64,000 bases of DNA. Origin: Azolla caroliniana. Taxonomy: Eukaryota; Plantae; Polypodiophyta. Positions 1 to 11,789 of this stretch are shown here, piece by piece. The notes under the pieces were generated by a model, which saw only the letters and a program-made list of their open reading frames with translations, searched no databases and had not been told where the DNA came from. The position numbers and the translations under genes were made by a program. The stretch covers positions 9,362,001-9,426,000 of the forward strand of contig JBHGNT010000010.1 of the NCBI GenBank assembly GCA_043228905.1. Reading direction: 5' to 3'. Positions within the stretch are counted from its first letter, which is position 1, and every line of letters starts with the position of its first letter.

Positions 1-3000
1 TCCCAAGTATGCTCGTTGGGACTATATCCTAGCCAATCGACTAAATAGTAGAGCTTGTTGCGATCAATCTTGGAATTGAGAGGATGGTGGCAACCTCGTA
101 CTCAGGTCCATATTCAAGTTCGATCGGGGGTGAAGGTTGTTTAATACGACCTAGGATGGTGTTGTCTTGATAGGGGTCGAGGAGAAAACTATGAAACACC
201 AGACGTATCTGAAGTTGTGGAGGTAGATCGAGACGATAAGCGACATCATTAATTTTTCTGATAATACGGAAAGGACCTAATCGCCGATAATCCAACTTCT
301 TGCATGGGCGAGTAGTCTTGATGTGTCATCGTAGTAGCCATACCCGATCTCCAATGTTAAAATTGGATGGAAGGCGATGACAATTCGCATAAACCTTGTG
401 TGTTTGTTGAGCTTGTTGTAGATGAGTAGATAAATCAGCTTGTATCTTGTGTAACCACTCCAAACGATCCTCTACACAAGGATTTGTGGGTAACTCTAGG
501 GTTTCAAATACACACCACCGGGGGTGACAACCCATATAAGCATAAATGGTGTAACCTTTGTCGATGAGTGGACAGAGTTATTATACGCAAATTCGGCGAA
601 GTGGAAAATATTTGCCTAGTCATCTTGATGATAGCTTAGAAAGCACCGAAGATACTGCTCCAACGTTTGATTTGTTCATTCTGCTTGGCCTTCTGTTTGT
701 GGATGGTAGCCGGAGGAGAGGTTACAAGTAACCTTGAGCATTTTAAAGAGGTGCTTCCAGACTTTCGAGATGAACTGGGGTTCATGATCGCCGATGATAC
801 CATCGGGAAGGCCATGATGCCGACATACTTCACGCATGATAGTTTCGGCGTTTTCCTCACTGGAGATTTCCTTAGTACATGGCAGGAAATGGGCCATCTT
901 TGTATATCGATCTACTATTGTTAAGATCGCATCGAATCCCTTACAGACCGGAAGATCTGTGATGAAATCTAGAGCAATGGATTGCCATGGCTTGCTTGGA
1001 ATTGTTAATGGTTCTAATAAACCATATGGATGATGCCTTGGCATTTTTTCTTTACAACATGTATCACAAGTCCGAACAAAATCTTCGACAAATTGACGCA
1101 TATGGGGCCACCAGAATGATTGTTGTACTAAATCCAATGTTTTAGTACTACCAAAATGCCCAACTATATATGTGTCATTACAGTTTTGGACTACTCGAAT
1201 ACGGCAAGAACCATTAGGAACATACAAGAGTTTCTTAAAAAATAGTTTAATCCATCATGACATTCGAATTGTCGACAATCTGTACCTGGTTGTTGCGACT
1301 GTAACAAGATGCTCGAGACGGATCAATTTGTGCTAGAATGGCTTGGGCAAAAGCATTTGTCTTCAAGTCCTCACGTATGGTATTGATAATGTGGGAAGCC
1401 AAGGGCATACCGAAGAGCTGCCTTGCTTGTAGTCGTACCAGTCCCAGGATTACTTGCTTTTGGTTATCGAAAGTTGGCTCGCCAGAACGCGATGCTAGAT
1501 ATGAGCGTCGTGATAATGCATCTGCCTTCCCTTGTTGCTTTCCCGCACGATATGTAATTTTGAAGTCGAAATGAGTGAGGAATTGGGCCCATCGAGCTTG
1601 ACGTTGATTTAATACACGAGCATTCTGAAAGTAGGCAAGGTTTTTGTGATCACTGAATACGGTGACTTGATGAGAAGATCCCTCTAGAAAATGCCTCCAT
1701 TGCGTAAAAGAGTCCACTATTTCTAATAGCTCCTTATCATGAATTTCATAGTTGATTTTGGCGGCGTCAAACTTGCGTGAGTGGAAGGAAAGCCACAGGA
1801 TGTAGCTTTTCATCATTACCTTGTTGTGACAGAATGCTACCTAAGGCGAAATCCGACGCGTCTGCTTCGATGATGAATGGTTTTTCTAGAACATGAGCTA
1901 GAATAGGAGCTCATGTAAATGCCTTCTTAAGACTCTCAAAATCCATGTTTTCTTCTTCAGACCAAACGAACGATTGTCCCCTCTTGGTAAGTTGTGTGAG
2001 AGGTTGAACAAGCTTTGAGTAATCCTGTATAAACTGGCGGTAGAAATTGGTAAAGCCTAAAAAGCATTGCACATCTTGCAACGAACGTGGAGTCTGCCAT
2101 TCTACCACCGTTTTGACCTTAGCTGGATCCATGGAGATGCCTTCCGAGGAAATGACGTAGCCTAGAAATTATACCTGGTTGCACTCGAAACTACATTTTT
2201 CCAGCATTGCATAAAGACCATGTACTCGAAATCGTTTTAGTACTAACAGTACATGAGAATCATGCTCTTCTTGGATCTTCGAATAAACCAGTAGATGATC
2301 CAAATAGATGATCAAACAAACATCCAAGAGATCTCGGAATATATCATTTGTCATGTGTTGGAAGACTATTGGCGCATTAGTGAGGCCGAATGGCATGACC
2401 GTATACTCGAAGTGCCCATATTTGGTGTGAAACGCAGTCTTCCATTCATCTCCTGGTCGGATCCGTACGAGGTTATATGCTCCTCGTAAGTCGATCTTTG
2501 TGAAGAACCTTGCACCATTGATCCGTTCTAAACGACTTGAGTAAGGGGAAGTGCATACCTATTCCTGATGGTGACCTTATTCAAGCCACGATAATCTACG
2601 ACGAGACGAAGTGATCCATCCTTTTTCTTGACAAAGAAAATGGGTGCACCAGCTGGAGATTTCAAATGTCCAATGAAACCATTTGCCAAATTCTCCTCTA
2701 TATAGGCTTGAAGAACTTCTAGCTCGTTTGGTGACAAATTGTAGATCAATCCCCATGGTGGCTCTTTTACTGGTTGTAAATCGATGGGGCAATCATACGG
2801 TCGATGGTGAGGAAGCGTATTGTCTTGTACTTTATCGAACACATCGGCATAATGATGATACTTCTCTGGAAGTTGAATGGTGGACTCCTCTTTAATGGTG
2901 TTGGAGGGTTTTACTGATACTGCGAAGAGAAACATTTCTTCCTTGTGTCCTTCCTCACGCAATTGATGTAGCGAAATGGTTGCAATCTTATGAGTAGATC

Positions 3001-3097
3001 CTCGATTTTGTTGATACTGGATTTCTCTTGTTCTCCAATCTATGTCTGGGTTATGTAATTTGAACCATGGTAATCCCAAAACAATGGGATGTTCTGG
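1..3097 (-). pseudogene. A pol remnant: end of PR, RT, RNase H, integrase, chromodomain; multiple stops and frameshifts
   Basis: ORF fragments 2528-3097, 2169-2396, 1911-2132, 1247-1816, 676-1227, 326-535 and 41-295 lie in canonical Gypsy order. Confidence 0.92.
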
Positions 3098-3102
3098 GAT
3101 AC

Positions 3103-3575
3103 TGTTATGTACACATAACGTTGGTGAGGGTAGGTCACTAATATTTACATTAGTGAAGGGTATGTTCACTATTATTAAAAAGGGGACTAATGATTGGATA
3201 GAATGAATGATATGTGCATGCACTATCATGATTTAGACAACCAATGAATAGAGAGCCTTTTAGAAAGGCACATCTATTCAAGGGGCCTAGGAAAAGGTAT
3301 AAATATGAGGCTTAGCTACCCTCATAGGATCATCACGTCGGAAGGCTGCTGTCGTAGACACCGGTGGTGCGGGCTAGGCTTTCGTCTCGACGATCGTGTT
3401 TATCTCTTCCAAGGTATTAGTCATCCTAATATCCGGCGGTATGGGACGTCGGTGGTAGGTTGGCTATGTCTAGATCATAGCTCGGGGGTGGTCGGGTGGA
3501 ACGGGTTCTTCTATCCAATCTATTTTCTTCCTTTTTACTTGATTTGTTCTATTGATTAGTAATAGACTCTTAACA
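3103..3575 (+). repeat. B 5' LTR
   Basis: TGTTA...TAACA; direct repeat of 9743-10215; TATAAAT at about 3298. Confidence 0.96.
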
Positions 3576-3576
3576 G

Positions 3577-3588
3577 TGGTATCAGAGC
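3577..3588 (+). promoter_or_regulatory. B primer-binding site (tRNA-iMet)
   Basis: TGGTATCAGAGC, 1 nt after the LTR. Confidence 0.95.
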
Positions 3589-3819
3589 TTTTACTAACAA
3601 TTTTTTTGTCGTTTTGATGTTTTTGTGTGTGAGCGAGGGGGATCTAACAAGGCTCGTCATGCTCTTCTCAGGATCAAAACAACACTCTAAACCCGGTATT
3701 CTTCTTTTTTGATCTCTTCTCTTTTTCTATTATGCGTTCTTTATGGTCGAATCAAATTGGTATTACGTTTTATTCTCTTTCTTTCTACCTCCTACTACGC
3801 TACGATTTTACTTATTATT

Positions 3820-4030
3820 ATGCATCGGGCCGAGCGTGTTTGCACTAATCGCACACGCTCAACTCATGGCCTTTTGCATATTGCGATATATATCCCACTC
3901 TCTCCTCTCTTGAACTCTTAAGATAATAATTATGCTTGTGCATTGGGTCGAGCGTGTTTGCTCTAATCGCACACGCTTATCTCATGGCCGTTTTGCATAT
4001 GATGTTGAGTATACCACTCTTCCCCTCTAT
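3820..4030 (+). repeat. Two copies of a ~118-bp unit in the B leader
   Basis: TGCAT(C/T)GGG(C/T)CGAGCGTGTTTGC.CTAATCGCACACGCT repeated; contains an AGCGTGT/ACACGCT hairpin. Confidence 0.8.
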
Positions 4031-4032
4031 TG

Positions 4033-4345
4033 AGCCATCACTTGGCCGATTCTAAGGGATGATGTGGCCTTGACGAGGTGTATGTTGCCTACCTATGCCA
4101 CTCTACTCTCTATTAAGCCATCAATTGGCCGATTCTATGGGATGTTGTGGCCTTGACAAGGTATATGTAGCTTACATATGCCACTTTCCTTTTTAATTAG
4201 CCATCAATTGGCCGATTCTAAGGGATGATGTGGCCTTGACGAGGTATATGTCACTTACCTATGCCACTTTCCTCTTTAATTAGCCATTACTTGGCCGATT
4301 CTAGGGATATGTGGTGGTCTTGAGGAGGTGCATGTCAACTACCCT
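4033..4345 (+). repeat. About 4 copies of an 83-bp tandem repeat in the B leader
   Basis: AGCCAT...TTGGCCGATTCTA starts at 4033, 4116, 4199 and 4282. Confidence 0.9.
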
Positions 4346-5478
4346 AGGGTTTCGTATCTTAGGGCATGTTTGATTCCATACACCTAATTGTTGATTATTC
4401 TAATTAAATTTTAATTTCATAAGTATTGTTTCATTTATATGATTTTCTAGTAATTATTATTTACCCGCCCACAATTAACTCTCCTTTTTTCACTTCCTTT
4501 TCATGTATAAAGTATTTACATCGTTTATTTTAATGTAACCTTTACGTGTAGACTATTTTTTCGTATGGAGTGGCTTGTTGAACGATTTTTTTTTTTCAAC
4601 GGGTCATCTAGGTTTAACTCTTATCATCAAGCCTTAGAAAACGAGTAAAACCATATGAGTTCCCTTATTGATGTTTTACTCATGGATTTGAGTATTACAT
4701 CTTTGCGCACAACACCGTCATCACTTGTATCAATTTGTGGCTTATGTCACAATTGTGCAAGTTATAACAATCATATTGGGATGTATATGTGCATACCTTG
4801 CACTTCCCATTTATTTGTGACATTGTTTTTTTCGTAGGTAACACATGGGTTCTTTTTTTTTTTACCCTTGTTTTCATCACTACTTAACTCTTATGAGTAG
4901 TGCCTTATTTTATCATTTTATCATCACGTTTGCTTATTGCTCGCAAGACTAGAATATTACTTGTGAGTGCACTTGTTTTTTCACGTAATACACTTTCTCG
5001 ACCATATAATACATGATGGGTTGGCATTAATATAAGGCTATCTAGGAAATTTCATTGATGTAAGAACCATGGTTGAGCCTCGGGGAGCCGCCATGATTAC
5101 TCAAGATAGAGATCCGAGAAATACATCTTAGCTATGTTTTCCCCCATGGTTTTTAAAACACCATAGTGTTACCATAGTTATCGGATCTCGAATCACATCT
5201 CATATGTCTAGCGGGGTAAAGACATGAGATACTTTCTTGGATAAAGTTCTTTCAATCAAAATTTCAAGCATTCATTTTGCTTGTGTATTTTCTGAACCTC
5301 CTTATTTTATTGCATACCCACAGCGTGCATCATGGAACAAGTTTTGAACGCAGTTGGAACGATCTCTCCAAATGAGACCTCTCAACCCCAATCCGCATCT
5401 CGCACACAAGCTGAGATCACTATTGAGCAATTGCTCACTACTACCTTGAATCAATTGGCCGAAATGAGATAGGCCAAT

Positions 5479-8400
5479 ATGGCATTGGAAAAGAAATTCC
5501 AAGAATTAACTATTGAGTCCAAGAAAGAAGGTGAACCTTCCTTCGTAGTCACGCCTTTCAAGGGAGATAAGAAAGAAAGAACCGAGGAGGCCATTAGCAC
5601 TTGGCTTGGTCGTTGGGAGTCTCACTTTGAGCTTCATCCCAAGCCCGATGCAGTAAAAATTGGTTATGTCAGTCGTGAGTTAGGTGGCCGAGCTGCTGCT
5701 TGGTGGCGTGGCCTAAGGACCGCAAAAAACTTACCCACAACTTGGGAAGGTTTCGTTGATGTTTTTAAGAAACAATTCTTGCAGCCACCTTCTCAAACCG
5801 AACAAGCGCAACACTTGCTCACATTGTCTAGTAAGCCATTTACCTCTCTCGAGGATTATGTGCATCACGCTCGGACCCAGATCCAAAAATCGGGACTTAC
5901 GGGTGAGAAATGGTTTGTCGCTTGTTTTTTGAATGGTATTCCCAATGGGGATTATCATTGGATTGTCCATGACAAGGACCCCACAACTTTCGAGGAAGCC
6001 GTCAACATTGTGCTGCGATACCATAGGACTTCCAAGAAAGACCACAATAAACCTGAGTTCGCCAAAACTCCGAATGTCAAGTTCATTGGGAAACGTAAGC
6101 AATCCAGTGACACTCTTGACCGCGACTCAAAGAAACCGAACCTCTTCTGTGCATATTGCAAGAAGCGGGGCCACACAAAGGATACCTGTCGTCGTCTTGA
6201 GAGGAAGTCAATGAACACCCCTCCTCAAGACAAATCTACGAGTCACACAGGTGAGTCTTTTGATATTGTTGAAGTTCATACCAATCACTTAAGTTTATGT
6301 GAATGCACTTTTCCTTCACATTTACTTGGACCTAATGATTTACTCCGAGCAGTCGGATATATCAATGGAACACAAGCACATTTCTTGTTTGATTCCGGTA
6401 GTTCTCACAATTTTCTTAATGATCACTTTGTGCAGCAAATGGAGCTCCACATAAACGCAAGTGATCATATCTATCAAGTTCACATGGCAAATGGAAACGT
6501 TCAATACATCAGTGGCATTGTTTGTCAACTGCCAATTCAAATAGATACTTATTTGGAGAAGCTTGACTTTCATGTTATGAAATTACAATCCGCAGATGTC
6601 ATTTTAGGATATCCTTGGTTTTTTAATAAAAACCCTTCTTTGTCCATTGATTGGGTTAATCACTCAATCACATTTGAACTTAATAATTGTAAACATTTTA
6701 TTCAATGTTCCAAACTTCCTTCTCATTCACTTGTGTCTTCTAAATCTTTAAGTGAGTATTCTAGTTCATTAATTTATTCGTGTGTAATTGATCCTGCGGT
6801 TCAATTTTATTATTTTAATATTGACGCCACACAATTACCACATTTTGAGCAACGATTACTCGACTCTATTTTAGAGGATTTTCAAGATGTGTTTCCTACT
6901 GAATTACCGCTTACTTTACCACCTAAACGTAATGTGGACCATCAAATTGAACTCATCCCTGGGGCTGCTCCTGTGAGCATTCCACCTTACCGACTTAGTC
7001 GATTAGAAGAGGATGAGATCGCTAAACAACTTAAGGAATACTTGAGTATGGGCCACATTAGGTATAGTAAATCACCTTGGGGTGCGCCAGTTCTATTAGT
7101 CAAGAAGAAGGAAGGTTCGTGGCGAATGTGTATCAATTATCGCCGTTTGAATAAAATGACAATTAAGAATGCATATCCATTACCTCGTGCCGATGATTTG
7201 ATTGATCGTTTGCACGGGGCTCGATATTTTACGAAAATTGACTTACGAACTGGTTATCATCAGATTCGCATCGCCGAGGATGATATTCCTAAAACCGCTT
7301 TTCGTACGCGCTATGGCCATTATGAGTTTTTAGTCATGCCGTTTGGGTTGACTAATGCTCCAGCCACATTCCAACAAGCGATGAATGATGTTTTCCGAGA
7401 TCAACTCGGTGATTTTGTTGTCGTCTTCTTGGATGATATTTTGATATATAGCCGTACCTTGCAAGATCATGTTCAACATGTTCGATTTGTTTTGCGAAAG
7501 TTGCGTGACAACTCTTTCTATGCAAAACATTCAAAATGTGACTTCTTCCAAAAATCTATTGTGTACCTAGGTCATTTAATTACAGAAAATGGCGTTGAAA
7601 TTGAACCTTCTCGTATTGAAAAGGTTAAACTTTGGCCCATTCCTCGTAATATTCGTGAACTTAGATCATTCTTAGGGTTTGTTGGATTTTTACGAAAATC
7701 AATTCGTAACTATTCCAAATTGACTACGCCATTAACTGACCTTTTAAAAGGTCATCCACGTAAGTCTGTCAAACCAATTTCATGGAATGAACAACTTGAC
7801 AAATCATTTGAGACACTCAAGGAGCATGTGTGTCAGGCTCCCACTCTTCTATTACTAGACCCTTCTAAGCCTTTCTCAATTGAAACCGATGCTAGTGATT
7901 ATGCTATTGGTGCCGTTCTTTATCAAGGTGGTCACCCTATCGCTTTTGAAAGTAAGAAGCTTGATGCTGCTCAATCTCGGTATTCGGTTCAAGAGAAAGA
8001 GTTGTTTGCGGTGATACACGCACTTAAAACATGGAGGCACTATCTCTATGGAAATAAATTTGTGGTTACAACAGACCATCAATCATTAAAGTATTTTTGT
8101 GACCAGCCCGATCTTGTTGGTCGTAAAGGCCGTTGGGCTGACCTTATGCAAGATTTTGATTTTTCCATACGATATCGCAAGGGTTCTATGAACACCGTTG
8201 CTGATGCTCTTAGTCGCATTAAAGAAGTTAAGATGCTTAGCTTCACGGAAATAAAATCTGATCTTTTAGATCACCTTCGAGGGAAATACCTTGATGACAG
8301 TTATTTCTCAAAATACTGGACGAAAGCCGAATCTGGTTTAGATGCCGATACTAGCACCCTACCCTCGAAGGCGACCTTTCACATTACAAACGGTTTGCTC

Positions 8401-9735
8401 TACCGTAGTGGAAAGGTCTGTGTTCCAGATTTACCAAATGTTAAACAGAAAATTTTTCATGAATGTCATGATGCACCATCTGCTGGTCATCCTGGAATAC
8501 AACGCACACTCGTTCTCATCTCGTGTACTTTTTTCTGGCCTAAGATGCGCTCTGACGTGCATAAATACGTAACTCAATGCTTACAGTGTCAGATTAATAA
8601 GTCGGAACGACTTAAAGCTGCTGGTCTTTTACATCCCTTAGATATTCCCAACAATAAATGGGAAAGTATCTCGATGGATTTTATTGTTAGTTTACCTCGT
8701 ACACAGAGGGGTCATGATGCCATATGGGTTGTCGTTGACAGGCTAACAAAATTAGCTAGATTTATTCCTACAAAAACCACGGTAACCGCTCAACAGTTGG
8801 CTTATCAATTTGTTGATGAGTTATTTCGTTTTTATGGATTACCGATGGATATTGTTAGTGATCGAGATTCCAAGTTTACTAGTGACTTTTGGACTCAGGT
8901 CTTTAAGAAACTAGAAACTACGTTGAGCATGAGTTCCGCAGATCATCCTCAGTCTGATGGACAAACTGAACGAGTTAATCAAATTATTGAGGACATGCTT
9001 CGAGCTTATGTAGCAAAAACCCCTTCTAAGTGGGAGCAATACCTTCCTATCTTAGAATTTGCCTATAATAGCTCTAAACATACATCCACTGGATATAGTC
9101 CTTTTATGTTGATGTATGGTTTTCAGCCACGTGCCCCAGTTGATGTCACGATTCATCGTGATACATTAGACAGTACACGCAATTTTTTGCAAGACATGAA
9201 CCAAATGTTGCATATTGCCAAAGAAAATGTCAAGACAGCTCAAGATCGTGCTCGATTTTATGCTGATCAGGATAGACGTCCTCGTGCATTTACTATTGGT
9301 CAAAAAGTTTTTTTGCGTGTCCCGACTGATTCTACGTCATTATCTACGGGCAAGTGCGCTAAGTTAGCCCCACGATATTGTGGCCCATTTGAAATCCTTA
9401 AGCGAGTTGGGTCATCTGCTTATCACCTTGCCTTACCTCGTAACGTTGGTATTCATCCTGTTTTTCACGTCAGTCGTCTAAAACCATTTTTAGGCTCTGG
9501 TGATAACACCATCACAATCCAGGATCTTGTAACATTAGAGGATTTTTCTTACAAACCTCATGTTCCTGAACGAATTCTTGATTCTCGTACTAAACGTTTA
9601 CGTTCTAAAGAGATTCGGCTATTCAAGATCAAAGGGATGGATAAACCTATTGATGATGCCACATGGGAACGCGAGCATTCGCTTAAGGCACAATTTCCTC
9701 ACTTTATATTGCAAGAGTGCAATCTTTTGAAGTAG
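5479..9735 (+). CDS. B Gag-Pol polyprotein (Gag, zinc knuckle, PR, RT, RNase H, IN, chromodomain-like tail); original start probably ATG 5332, now cut by an in-frame TAG at 5470
   Basis: 1418-aa ORF with [50 protein letters not shown] and [12 protein letters not shown]. Confidence 0.95.
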   Translation: MALEKKFQELTIESKKEGEPSFVVTPFKGDKKERTEEAISTWLGRWESHFELHPKPDAVKIGYVSRELGGRAAAWWRGLRTAKNLPTTWEGFVDVFKKQFLQPPSQTEQAQHLLTLSSKPFTSLEDYVHHARTQIQKSGLTGEKWFVACFLNGIPNGDYHWIVHDKDPTTFEEAVNIVLRYHRTSKKDHNKPEFAKTPNVKFIGKRKQSSDTLDRDSKKPNLFCAYCKKRGHTKDTCRRLERKSMNTPPQDKSTSHTGESFDIVEVHTNHLSLCECTFPSHLLGPNDLLRAVGYINGTQAHFLFDSGSSHNFLNDHFVQQMELHINASDHIYQVHMANGNVQYISGIVCQLPIQIDTYLEKLDFHVMKLQSADVILGYPWFFNKNPSLSIDWVNHSITFELNNCKHFIQCSKLPSHSLVSSKSLSEYSSSLIYSCVIDPAVQFYYFNIDATQLPHFEQRLLDSILEDFQDVFPTELPLTLPPKRNVDHQIELIPGAAPVSIPPYRLSRLEEDEIAKQLKEYLSMGHIRYSKSPWGAPVLLVKKKEGSWRMCINYRRLNKMTIKNAYPLPRADDLIDRLHGARYFTKIDLRTGYHQIRIAEDDIPKTAFRTRYGHYEFLVMPFGLTNAPATFQQAMNDVFRDQLGDFVVVFLDDILIYSRTLQDHVQHVRFVLRKLRDNSFYAKHSKCDFFQKSIVYLGHLITENGVEIEPSRIEKVKLWPIPRNIRELRSFLGFVGFLRKSIRNYSKLTTPLTDLLKGHPRKSVKPISWNEQLDKSFETLKEHVCQAPTLLLLDPSKPFSIETDASDYAIGAVLYQGGHPIAFESKKLDAAQSRYSVQEKELFAVIHALKTWRHYLYGNKFVVTTDHQSLKYFCDQPDLVGRKGRWADLMQDFDFSIRYRKGSMNTVADALSRIKEVKMLSFTEIKSDLLDHLRGKYLDDSYFSKYWTKAESGLDADTSTLPSKATFHITNGLLYRSGKVCVPDLPNVKQKIFHECHDAPSAGHPGIQRTLVLISCTFFWPKMRSDVHKYVTQCLQCQINKSERLKAAGLLHPLDIPNNKWESISMDFIVSLPRTQRGHDAIWVVVDRLTKLARFIPTKTTVTAQQLAYQFVDELFRFYGLPMDIVSDRDSKFTSDFWTQVFKKLETTLSMSSADHPQSDGQTERVNQIIEDMLRAYVAKTPSKWEQYLPILEFAYNSSKHTSTGYSPFMLMYGFQPRAPVDVTIHRDTLDSTRNFLQDMNQMLHIAKENVKTAQDRARFYADQDRRPRAFTIGQKVFLRVPTDSTSLSTGKCAKLAPRYCGPFEILKRVGSSAYHLALPRNVGIHPVFHVSRLKPFLGSGDNTITIQDLVTLEDFSYKPHVPERILDSRTKRLRSKEIRLFKIKGMDKPIDDATWEREHSLKAQFPHFILQECNLLK

Positions 9736-9740
9736 GGGAG
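9731..9740 (+). promoter_or_regulatory. B polypurine tract
   Basis: AGTAGGGGAG, 2 nt before the 3' LTR. Confidence 0.85.
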
Positions 9741-9742
9741 TA

Positions 9743-10215
9743 TGTTATGTACACATAACGTTGGTGAGGGTAGGTCACTAATATTTACATTAGTGAAGGG
9801 TATGTTCACTATTATTAAAAAGGGGACTAATGATTGGATAGAATGAATGATATGTGCATGCACTATCATGATTTAGACAACCAATGAATAGAGAGCCTTT
9901 TAGAAAGGCACATCTATTCAAGGGGCCTAGGAAAAGGTATAAATATGAGGCTTAGCTACCCTCATAGGATCATCACGTCGGAAGGCTACTGTCGTAGACA
10001 CCGGTGGTGCGGGCTAGGCTTTCGTCTCGACGATCGTGTTTATCTCTTCCAAGGTATTAGTCATCCTAATATCCGGCGGTATGGGACGTCGGTGGTAGGT
10101 TGGCTATGTCTAGATCATAGCTCGGGGGTGGTCGGGTGGAACGGGTTCTTCTATCCAATCTATTTTCTTCCTTTTTACTTGATTTGGTCTATTGATTAGT
10201 AATAGACTCTTAACA
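9743..10215 (+). repeat. B 3' LTR
   Basis: Repeat of 3103-3575, followed by TSD GATAC. Confidence 0.96.
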
Positions 10216-10220
10216 GATAC

Positions 10221-11694
10221 TAATTATATTAAAGGATACTACACATGCTAAATTATCTAGGACAATATTAACGGGCTCTGACTCTTCTATGATATTTTCG
10301 AAAGCAATGGGACGACCATCAATGACTACTACAGAGGCTGGACACGGGAGTTTCCTTAGGGATATCTGATGAGCTTGGGCAAAATTCCTATCCATGAAGC
10401 AACAATTAGCTCCGGAATCTAGGAGTGTTGACACGTGTACTTGGGCTAAGAACAAATTGCTAACTTGCTTAGAGGGAATGGAACCATTAATGGGCTGCAC
10501 AGATCTAGGGTTTTCCAACCACACGGCTCCTATTTTGGTTGGACTTAGTCGTTTAACTCTTCTTCTAACTAACTAAGGACATCAAATTTGTTTGATAGAT
10601 TTGGGCTATTAATACTATTAGGACTACCAGATATTCCTACTGAAATAGACTCGGGTTTAGTACAATTAGAACTAGCAACTATTTGGTTTACCTGTCTTCT
10701 TGGCCTATGGGGACAGTTTGTTGCAATATGCCCTAGTCCACCACAATAAAGACATAGTCGATTTGCTCGACGTCACTGCTTTTCTTCTTCTGGTAATGGT
10801 CCGCGATGATGTGTACTGTCAATTTCCATCGGAGTTGGAGTATTCACTGGAGACACATTATATGACTCCCTTGGAAAAGGTTTTGCTACCACTGAGGCGT
10901 AGGTGGGCTCTGATCTTGCCCTTGGCATCTGGAACTAATGTTCCAAACGTTGTTCGAAAAGACGATTGTCGCATCTCACCACGATTAATTGCTTCTGTGA
11001 ATGACTTTGGTTCTTCGGGGAAGGTCAAGAGTAAATCCTAGACATCGTTCCGTATACCATAACAAAATTGCTCCATTAGTGCTTGGTCATCCCAGGGGAT
11101 ATCGGAGGCGAGTAGGCAGAAATCTGTAGCATATGCGGAGGTTGGACGATCACCTTGACATAATCATCGGATTTTGTTGATTGTTGTCCTTATGCTGCCA
11201 ATATCTCCAAAACATGCTTTAAACTCACTTATAAACTCTTCAAAATTGTTTAGTAAAGGAGATTCCTTTTCTAACAACGGAGCGAACCATGCCAAAGTTG
11301 AGGCACTTAATAACGTGCCTACGAAACCTACTCGTGATGCATCAGTGGGATATCGGGAAGGCTGCATTTGAATGACTAATCGTACATGATTAAGGAATCC
11401 TCTAAACTGCGATCACGTTCCATCGAATTTCATGGGGAGGCCGATCTTGGGTTCTTTATGAATCCCTTGCGTATTGCGTCCTTGTTGTTGCATCGCTACT
11501 ATGGTTGCTTCGAGCTGTTGCACGCATAACGCTAGTTCACCATGTTGTTGTTGCGCCTACTGCTTCTCTAAGGAGATTTTTTGAAGCTCCCCCAACAGTT
11601 GTTGATTTTCTTGTTCCAATGCAAGAAACTTCTCTTTCAAGCATTGCAACTCCGAGAAAACGGATTGATATTCTTGAGCACTAACAGTGGCCAT
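10221..11694 (-). pseudogene. A gag plus N-terminal protease remnant
   Basis: ATG at 11694; QPSRYPTDASRVGFVGTLLS (PEG10/RTL1-like capsid motif); zinc knuckle at about 10711-10755; LLDSGA in the -1 frame. Confidence 0.88.
10506..10557 (-). promoter_or_regulatory. Predicted -1 ribosomal frameshift signal of A
   Basis: G_TTA_AAC in the gag frame just before TAA; 7-nt spacer; perfect stem TCCAACCA/TGGTTGGA; the -1 frame is the protease. Confidence 0.7.
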
Positions 11695-11775
11695 AGTATG
11701 AGAGAAAAGAGGAATAAGAGATTAGTATGAAGGGAGCAAGAAGTAAGAAGATAAAGAAGAGAAGTAAGTAGACCA

Positions 11776-11787
11776 AAATCGATTCAA
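11776..11787 (-). promoter_or_regulatory. A self-priming-type PBS
   Basis: TTGAATCGATTT (element sense) lacks the TGG start of tRNA PBSs and pairs with AAATCGGTTCAA located 33 nt after the LTR TATAAAA. Confidence 0.7.
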
Positions 11788-11789
11788 AC

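Larger units (their letters stand above)
3103..10215 (+). mobile_element. Element B: full-length young Ty3/Gypsy chromovirus inserted in A's protease region
   Basis: Two 473-bp LTRs (2 differences seen), TSD GATAC at 3098-3102 and 10216-10220, PBS, PPT, long ORF. Confidence 0.97.

Noticed and set aside
2528-3229. 233-aa protein with a novel N-terminus
   Set aside because: Chimeric: the first ~42 codons come from B's LTR read antisense into A's pol
4033-4345. CRISPR-like array
   Set aside because: Whole 83-bp units are homologous with no unique spacers; no cas genes; eukaryotic retroelement context
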